A DNA stretch of 64,000 nucleotides from Octopus sinensis (taxonomy: Eukaryota). Shown one piece after another: positions 55,122 through 64,000 of this stretch. A program made the position numbers and the translations under genes. The stretch is from the NCBI RefSeq assembly GCF_006345805.1, contig NC_043012.1, positions 50,468,001 to 50,532,000 on the forward strand. Reading direction: 5' to 3'. The notes under the pieces are model-generated. The model did no database searches. It had not been told where the DNA came from and was given only the letters and a program-made list of their open reading frames with translations. How positions within the stretch are numbered: position 1 is the first letter of the stretch; every line of letters starts with the position of its first letter.

Positions 55122-55280
55122 TTTGATGCAGATGCCCTCATCTGCACCTCCTGCCGTAAAGTTGGTTCATCTGGGACACCTGACAGGAAGAGTTCCAGCT
55201 TTATTTTAAAGACATCTGCATCCACCACATGCAGGTCACTCAGGTCCTTCGTGGGGATATTGAAGAGCTGTGGACCTCTG
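55122..55280 (-). mobile_element. CR1/L2-group LINE 3' fragment, inverted relative to 53957-54112
   Basis: RGPQLFNIPTKDLSDLHVVDADVFKIKLELFLSGVPDEP. Confidence 0.85.
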
Positions 55281-55640
55281 TATGTATATATGTATGTATA
55301 GTGTATGCCATTTCTTATAATATGCATTAGCGTTGGACATTAATACGCAGACACGCTCATTCGAAAGTAAAGAGATAAAAGTGAAAGAATGTAAGAATAT
55401 ATGTAACAGCAAATCTACATTTGGAGAAGTGTACTGTATACATATCCATGCAAGGACGATTTTTATCTGGCGTACAACATGATTTCATACGCACTGTATT
55501 TATTTATATGCGTGACCATACAATAAACATTTATTCAAGTAAACAAACGTACGTATCCGCTCTTCTGAATCCTTCAATTTGAATGCATTTACGTGGTTGT
55601 ATTTCTACGGGAATATGCATTTATGGGAGAGTTTGCATAT

Positions 55641-55709
<69 letters not shown>

Positions 55710-56509
55710 TAAGAAAGAAGCAAAAACAAACAAAAATATTAAATTCTAGAAAGATCTTACATATTTCCATGTATAGACAAAAAAAACAATACCTATTTAT
55801 TAAACAGCATACATCTTAATATTCCAAATACTGAAACATTCTTTGCAGCTGGTGCTTCAAAATAAACTGTAATTGTCGAGATATGTTGTACGGATTGCTT
55901 GTTATCTTCGTATGGAAATATTCATAATCACCGTCTAAGTATCTGCGTATGAAATTATTTATGTATGTATACGTGTGAGATTGGGAATCAATTTACAACA
56001 TTTCAGTCCTTGTTTGAGTTGCTGTATGTTTCACGGATTTCTCATACGTTGGTGTACGGATACATCGTTACATTACACACGCACATTATGAGTTATTAAT
56101 ATATTTGATATTATGTAAAGTCTAGGTTAAAGTAACATGAAGATTAGTGTTGTGCAGCTTTATTATTTCTGATTATAAGCTTTTAATTTGGTGTGTTTTT
56201 CTCTCCGATGTACTCAAATTGTTCATATCATACCTGTGATATGAAGGTTTAACATAGATATTAAAATATATACTATGTGCATAAAATATGATCCATAAAA
56301 GTTGTCCGTAGATAACCATATAACCATTCGTATATTTTCAATATCGTTTCTTATGTATATTATTTACACTCTGAACAATTGAGTGATCGACAATGTGGTC
56401 GGACTGTCAGCTAAACTTAGCAGCGAAATATGCTTAGAGAAATGCCCGTTTTCGTAAAAATATCCGTAAATTAAATGGTGCAGCCCTTGGTGCACTATGT
56501 CAAAATACA

Positions 56510-56720
56510 TTTCAAATTTTAGCAAAAGGCCAGACATTTAAGGGAAGGATATAAATTGATTACATCGACCCCAATATTGATCTGTTACTTATTTTATCGT
56601 TCCCGAAAGGATAAAATGCATAGTCAACCTCATCAGAAGTTAAGCTTAGATCATGAAGATAGACGGAAAACCGATAAGCATTTTGCCTGCCTCACTAATG
56701 ACTCTACCAGACCGCCGCCC
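56510..56720 (-). mobile_element. SINE family A
   Basis: GGGCGGCGGTCTGGTAGAGTCATTAG...GGGGTCGATGTAATCAA...GGCCTTTTGCTAAAATTTGAAA. Confidence 0.8.
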
Positions 56721-58091
56721 TATAATATGTCTACATTGAGACGAAACACTCAGCTGTAGACTGTTTTTCATTAATTTGTTCACGTGATCAAGCTGAACTT
56801 TTAACCCCATACAAGTTGTTAACGCCAATTTTTCTTTCCGTCAAAGGTCTATGTTTTTCAGCATGTCCTATTTATTGCGTATATTAGATTGATGTTTACT
56901 AGATATTCGATTGTTGTTTATACCGTGTAGGGCGAGCACGCACGATCAGCCTATTTGTCTCGCATTTAATTTTTTATCCACTTGACTCTCCATGTTAAAC
57001 AGACATAACGAAATTTGTTTCGGTTTTCTTCTATTCTTTTTATAATTTGTTCATTTTGTTGATTTACAGTTTTCATTGTATCCTTCAAGAGGGTTTGGTG
57101 TGATTTGAGTCAATTCGAATGGTTCTTAAAACAAGTTCTATCGTTAGTCCTTACAAAGGTGTTCTCAGCTGGAGATTTTGAACTTCCAAAGAGAAACTAA
57201 CGAAATACGCAAGGATGTCATGACGCCATTGCTCTGGATATAAGCGAATTATACACATTACACGGCCTGTTGACTATCAGGTATTTCAGTCAAATCTAAG
57301 TTTATCCACCATGAACATATGTTGGCGCTATGACAGGTGAATTGCTGAGAAATTCACTATTTAAATGTTATGTAACGGACGCAATTGGCATTGTTGTTTC
57401 AAGTATCTGTTAAACAAGTAAAGTAACTCTATAGTTGATTGTTGTAACAAGCCTTATTATATTTAATCAATTAATGTTGGTTCATTTTGTCATTTACCCT
57501 ATCGGCTGAATTTACGGATGAATTTTTTAACTGATTATTTTGGCATTCATTGTACAGGTGACACAGAGAATTGCGTTAATTAATTTAACATTCAGTATAC
57601 TATCGCCTTAACAAATATAATTCAACTTAGCGTCCCTTCTCTTATGTTGACTGCATTACCAGGCATCAGATTATAGTCAACTTTATCAAGACTCCTTAAG
57701 TCATCTTCTGAACCCTCATAGATTTGTTTATTTTAGCATCCGTCATTCTAACAAGTCAAACGGTATTCGCTATAGTAAACATATACTGACCGTTGCCAAG
57801 AGTTTGATGTATTCCAATCATGAAAGAAAAAAAACACTTGAATTTAAGTGATTGAAGTGACTGCTGGGTGACAGCTTTGTTTCCTGAAAGAAATTTTCAT
57901 GGCAGCGAAATAACACCTTAACTTTTTTCAATAGATGATATATTCATTTTGAAATTACCAAGGTGTGAAACAGCTTGATGAATGAATATTCCCTTGACAA
58001 TGTTTCGTTAAGTGTTGTAGCATTTACATCACTAAATATAACACAAATAAATACACGAAAACATGCACACATACATAGGAACTTAAATATG

Positions 58092-58184
<93 letters not shown>

Positions 58185-58195
58185 ATGTATATATA

Positions 58196-58228
<33 letters not shown>

Positions 58229-58248
58229 CATACACACACACACACTAC

Positions 58249-58295
<47 letters not shown>

Positions 58296-58309
58296 TGCAT
58301 GTATATATA

Positions 58310-58440
58310 CATCTATGGGTACCGGTTGTCACCAAGGGTAAACAGCATGAAATACGAAAACTAATGAGTTAAATATGCAAATAACGAGAGAAAAAGGACC
58401 GAGTGACACAAAGAATGACCCTTCATCAGTTGTCGGCTCT
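58310..58440 (-). mobile_element. Fragment of the 31825-33110 pLTR family
   Basis: GCCGACAACTGATGAAGGGTC...TATTTAACTCATT...CATGCTGTTTAC. Confidence 0.65.
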
Positions 58441-58691
58441 ATACATATACATGCGTGTATACTTTGATACTTTGATACTTTGATAGGTTTCGGCCATTAT
58501 TGGCCCAGGCCATGTCTAACTTAATAGCACCACCTGTATATGTGTGTTGAATACATGCATATACGCACACACATACATATAGTACATATAACACATAAAT
58601 AAGTACACTTCCATGTTTATGTGCGCATGTGTCAATCAAATGCCCTTCCGCATTTTCAAATCACCAGAGGCTGTCGTGTTACATCACAGGC

Positions 58692-58730
<39 letters not shown>

Positions 58731-58755
58731 CAGAGAGAGACAGAGAGAGAGAGAG

Positions 58756-58844
<89 letters not shown>

Positions 58845-59649
58845 TAGATATAGATTTGTGTGTGTGTGTGTATGTATGTATATGTGTATATATGTTTCTA
58901 TCTATCTATGTATACAGAGAGAACCAGCCAGGTATATGCATACATATTTATGCATGGATATGTTTGTGCGAGTGAACGTGTGTGACTACGTAAGTACACA
59001 TCTGAAAATTTGTGATCGTACGTGAGTATTCTGAAAGTGGCGACAACTAGGCGTTACAAAGCGTAACTTGATATATATTAATCATTTTTATACTCTAGTT
59101 CATGGGATGGTTATTTATTTAGTTAACCTTAGCGTAAACCATTGTGACATTGGGGACATTTACAAATACCAGTAAGGACCGCAACGAAGTATGCATTCCT
59201 CCTTTGCTCGACTTGTTTAGCATTAGCTTTGTGAGTGATGTAACCCTTTATATGTTTTGCACGGGAAGAAAATAAGTTATAAACAGGGACAAGATATTTC
59301 TTCTGTCTAATATTACTTCATCAAAAATAAACTGATACAAGCAACAACAATGACAACATCAAATGTTTTTTCAATACTGATCGAATTTTAAAGAAATGTA
59401 TCTTCTAAATGTTTGTTTTAAATGTAAATGTAGCTGGTATTCTTTAATTATTCGTGCATTTTGAGATTGCTTATGGACTGTGGTGCTGTCGGCGTAAACG
59501 CATTAAAAAACGACACGCAGCTTACGTATCTACTTAGCAGAGAGAATTTGGGCCCACACATGATTGTTTCGTTTCGAATCCTTTTCGTAACCCTGTAGTT
59601 TCGCATGCATTTCCATTATTTCATTTTATGTTGCATACATGGGACACTG

Positions 59650-60480
59650 AAAGTACATAGGTTGATCAAGATACTCTCGTTGAATGTGACCAGACGTAGT
59701 TTACTTTTCAACCTAGTCTGTCATCGGTGTTGTATTGTTTGTATCATAATGGTGAAGGAGCTTTCATTAGTTCGTGAAAGAAGTCTTCAACAGCATTGTA
59801 ACATCATCATCACTGCGATACTCAGTCCTACCCAAATGTTTTTCCTTTTTGGGGAACAGCTGTTAATCAGATGGGGTCAAATCAAGAAAATCGGCAAAGT
59901 ATTGATCAGTCTGTTTAAAGCTACAATCACGCACAACAACCATTGAGAGCAAGGGCTTCTGTACTAGACCACTATAGTGACAAAATAAGACCTCTTTCGT
60001 CAGTTTTCCTCGGCATTTAGTCATGACAGTCTTTCATAACTCTCTCAACAATTTGGCATCGTTCCCTCCATTGAAAGTGTGGCACTTTCGAAGATAGTCA
60101 ATAAACATAATGCATTTTGCTTATAGGAGAAATGAATTCATCCCTTTCTCTACAGATGAAACAACCTCGGCCTTGTTTTGGAGCAGGTGAGAAGGGGAAT
60201 TTACCCCACATGAATTATTTCATTGTCTCTGGCTCAAAATGATGAGACTGGCTTACGAAACGTTCAAGGAAATTGCTAGGGCGGGCGCTCGTCGGATGCA
60301 GAACACCACACTTTGGGGATTAACTTCAAAAGGTCTCCTGGCTCTATACCATTATAGGAACTTTGGATGAACTTGGTTGAGTTCTCAATGTCTTGGGATT
60401 CGGAGAATAACTCTACACATTCTATCAACGTTTTCAAAAATATCGATTGAAATTACCACGGATGTTGCTCCGCCTCCATT
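59650..60480 (-). mobile_element. Degenerate mariner (DD34D-type) transposase
   Basis: FLERFVS..HHFEPET; IMFIDYLRK..TFNG; RGKLTKEVLF; DLTPSD*QLFP (cf. SPDLAPSDYHLF); stops and frameshifts. Confidence 0.85.
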
Positions 60481-62349
60481 AAATAAGCCATAAGAATGCA
60501 TGGGATGACAGTTTAATTTCTGATTCATCCATAAGATATTTAGTTAAAAGTAATAATTTCGAATTCTGATCGTGAAAAGCATATATTTTCAAAGAATTTA
60601 TGTGACATTTTACTTCAGTCAAACAAGAAATGAAGCTCAGATACATATTCACGAACGATGATATGGTCGCACCCATGTGAGATATCTTCGGAGTGAGTAA
60701 AAATGCGGCAATATTTAGGTATGAAAAGATCAATGAAGTTAAGGAAGATGAGAAGATGATTCCCAAATACTTTGTTGAAATTAGATAAGAGATATTTTAT
60801 GAAAGATTTTGAAATTAAAAAAACAAATAAATTTAATCCCTTTAATAAGAAACACATGATAAACAAAGCGTCGATTATTTCATTTTTTTTTCACTAGTAA
60901 GTTACTACCATCGATACACTCTCCATTACAGATCACATGATAAACACCATCATCGTAATTAACGTTACTACCTCATCCATTATCTTCCTTCTCATCATTA
61001 TTAATCCCCATTATATCTCCATTATCATCGTTGCTGCTTAGAGTGATTGCATAAGTGTTTGCGGTAATATTTATTATAATTAAAATCATACTTATTGTTC
61101 ACTTACTATCATTATCAATATCTACTTATATTGTTTTCGTATTCTTATAACAATCACTAATCACACCTTGTAAAATAATTTTCATAATTACAACCATTCT
61201 GCGACGCAAACGCTATCCTTCGCTACTGGCATTTAATTAATGCTAAATTTAATTATTGTCAATTTGTCATTAATTAACGTATCAGCTTCTACTTGAGACA
61301 ACTCATATATCTATTTCAGCTAATCATTGCATTTATAAAGAAAATGCCCCTAGAATTTCAACCAATTAATGCCACAATTAAATGAAGTATATACGACATT
61401 TTCCCAAAGCCCCAATTTTTGATATACTTAACATAATTCTGAATTAATAGTACACATTCTTATTAAATTAAGATTCACAAAAGAAGTTGACTCAGTTCAG
61501 TGTTGAGGACACCTAATAAAATGGCTGCGGATAATCATTCCTCATTATCCTGATTTTCTTTCTACATTGCCATTTTTTGTAAAACATATAAAATTATGAG
61601 CTATGAGCTGTTTTAGAACAGTTTATGAGAGTCATGGAAGAAACTTGAAAAATGCATTATTAAGAAGCCTGTGTGAAGTGCTAATTATCTCCGCATCAAC
61701 AAATATTTATTTTCAAGAAAAAAAAAAGAAAACTCGTAGCGAAGAATTGTATCCGTAATTAAGGAACTATCGTTATAATTGTTTCCATTTATAAGTATTT
61801 AAATCACTAAAATTCTTACAAGTATATCACTAAGCCTTATGTTAATAAGGCTAAATGCGATAATTTGTGAATATTTATTCCAGTATTTATTTCTGAAAAG
61901 TTGAAGATAGAATGAGGCTTTTTTTTTTTGATTTTGTCTTTTTTTCACAGAAGGTAGTTCTTCCTCATTAAGATAAGTAGGCTTTTTTTTCTTCTTAGCA
62001 CCCATTGTTATTTTAACCGTCATTTTCTTACCGATGTCAAAAATGACTGAGAATATTATCAGCGGAAATTGTTACGATTGTTAGAGTGTATATTGAGAAA
62101 AAATTGACCGATAAACAGAAAGATTGTTAAATAGTAAAGTGATACAGAAAATGAAATACTTATGCACTAATTAATCAATCAGCACTGGAAAATTCAATCA
62201 TCAGATACTATGCAAAGGTTTCAATTATGCGTTACAGATTACTGAATACTTACAAAGTTTTAAAATGTTTGGACAACCACCGTCATACACAATATTGATA
62301 TGAAAAAGAAAAATGAAAATGTGAATTTTTATAATATTGAATTAAAAAT

Positions 62350-62527
62350 TTGGTACAAGGCCAGCCATTTCAGTGGTAGGTCGCTTACAGAGACTCCAGT
62401 ACTCAATTTATCGATACTGAAAGTAAAAGTCGACCACCGTGGAATTTGAACTCAGAATGTAAAGATCGATGGGATGCTGTTAAGCAGTTTGATTTGAGAG
62501 CTAGCAATTCTGCCAGCTCGCCGCCAT
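62350..62527 (-). mobile_element. SINE family A
   Basis: TGGCGGCGAGCTGGCAGAATTGCTAGC...ATTCTGAGTTCAAATTCC...GGCCTTGTACCAAA. Confidence 0.8.
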
Positions 62528-62950
62528 CGCGTCTTAAGCATCTATATTATGATAACTAGTCCAAAGTATTAAAAAAAACACAAAAGAAAAAGGAATGAAG
62601 TTATTATATAATTTCTGTGCTTGTACTGAAGGGATACCACTATCAGGAAAGATGATAAGCAAATTGGTGGTGATTAATTAACTGGAGACATGGCTTATTT
62701 GACATATATAATGAAACCATGTGAAATTGTACATATAAATGATAACTAGCCTATTGCTGCGAATCATGTACAGTTAACCCGTATCATGAGAAACAGTAAA
62801 ATGAATTTCGTGGAATTTACTACACACATAATCCACATCCACTTTGATTTCATTTTTCCCCAAAACACACATATACTCATTTCGGCCACTTAAGCCATTC
62901 ACAAGCAGAAGCTTCGAAGTCACTCTTATCGATATTGTTGTCTAATGAAA

Positions 62951-62996
<46 letters not shown>

Positions 62997-63064
62997 ATGT
63001 GTCTGTGTGTGTGTGCGTATGTGTGTGTGTGTGTGAGTGTGTGTTTGTGTGTGTGTGTGTGTTT

Positions 63065-63260
63065 TCTCCATCTCATCGCTTCACAACCGATACTAGTGTG
63101 TTTACGAACCCCGTAACCTAACGCTTCGGCATTATAGACTGATATAGCAAGTGCTAGGCTTATAAAGATTATGTCCTGGGGTCAATATGCTCGACAAAAA
63201 GCGGTGCTCCAGCATGGCTGCATGCTAATGAATGCAACCAGTATAACAGTAAAAGAATAA
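63065..63260 (+). mobile_element. SINE family B, 3' half
   Basis: CACAACCGATACTAGTGTGTTTACG...GTCCTGGGGTCAATATGCTCGAC...CTCCAGCATGGCTGC. Confidence 0.8.
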
Positions 63261-63269
63261 TATATATAC

Positions 63270-63323
<54 letters not shown>

Positions 63324-63515
63324 ATGTGTGTGTGTGGTGAAAATTAGAAAAAACACCTATTATCAATTGAAATATATATGTATACATATACATATATATA
63401 TGAGTGTATATATATATATATATATCCACTGACATACACATATATACATATATATATATATATACATATATATAGACACACATATGTATCTATATATATA
63501 TAGATAGATAGATAC

Positions 63516-63583
<68 letters not shown>

Positions 63584-63825
63584 GTAGATAGATGGAGACA
63601 TATAATCATATATTAACGTGTAGATACCCATATATGTGTGTTTGTATGTGTGCTTGTGTGTTCGTGTGTGTCTGTGTCCATTTATCTATTTGTAATTACA
63701 GATATGCATTGACAAATGTATATATTATATAAACATGTTTCTAATAAATCTAGGATTAAAAACAGAAAAAGAAACAGTCTTTTATGTAGTCCAATATTGG
63801 AATGGAGTTTTCGTGCATTTTATAG

Positions 63826-63864
63826 TTTGCAAAACAAACAGGTCGCAAAGAGAAATGTCGACTG
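63826..63864 (+). CDS. Candidate 39-nt symmetric micro-exon
   Basis: CATTTTATAG| acceptor, CTG|GTAAGT donor; all three frames open. Confidence 0.25.
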
Positions 63865-63945
63865 GTAAGTAATTAATTCATGAACAGATATTGAAACATA
63901 CAATAATTATAGCGACAACGACGACGACGACGATGATGATGATGG

Positions 63946-63982
<37 letters not shown>

Positions 63983-64000
63983 GAAGACAATAACAGTATC

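Overview
AT-rich, repeat-dense eukaryotic DNA. The SINE families and microsatellite load point to a coleoid cephalopod, most likely Octopus (inference, no database search run). No intact, nameable protein-coding gene is visible, and almost all long ORFs in the track are translations of (TA)n, (CA)n, (AAT)n or (TATC)n microsatellites. Recognisable content: about 17 tRNA-derived SINE copies from three families; several Penelope-like elements (PLEs), including a young Neptune-type copy with inverted pseudo-LTRs and older Naiad-type remnants; R4/Dong-like RLE LINE, CR1-group, RTE, Gypsy and mariner remnants; and MITEs. Five different minimal hammerhead-ribozyme (HHR) motif families occur. Two carry a compensatory U3-A8 core, and one is the 3' module of a tRNA-headed (Pol III-type) element found twice. 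There are also two locally templated insertions, several long hairpins and a few weak candidate host exons on the + strand. Boundaries of degenerate repeats are approximate.
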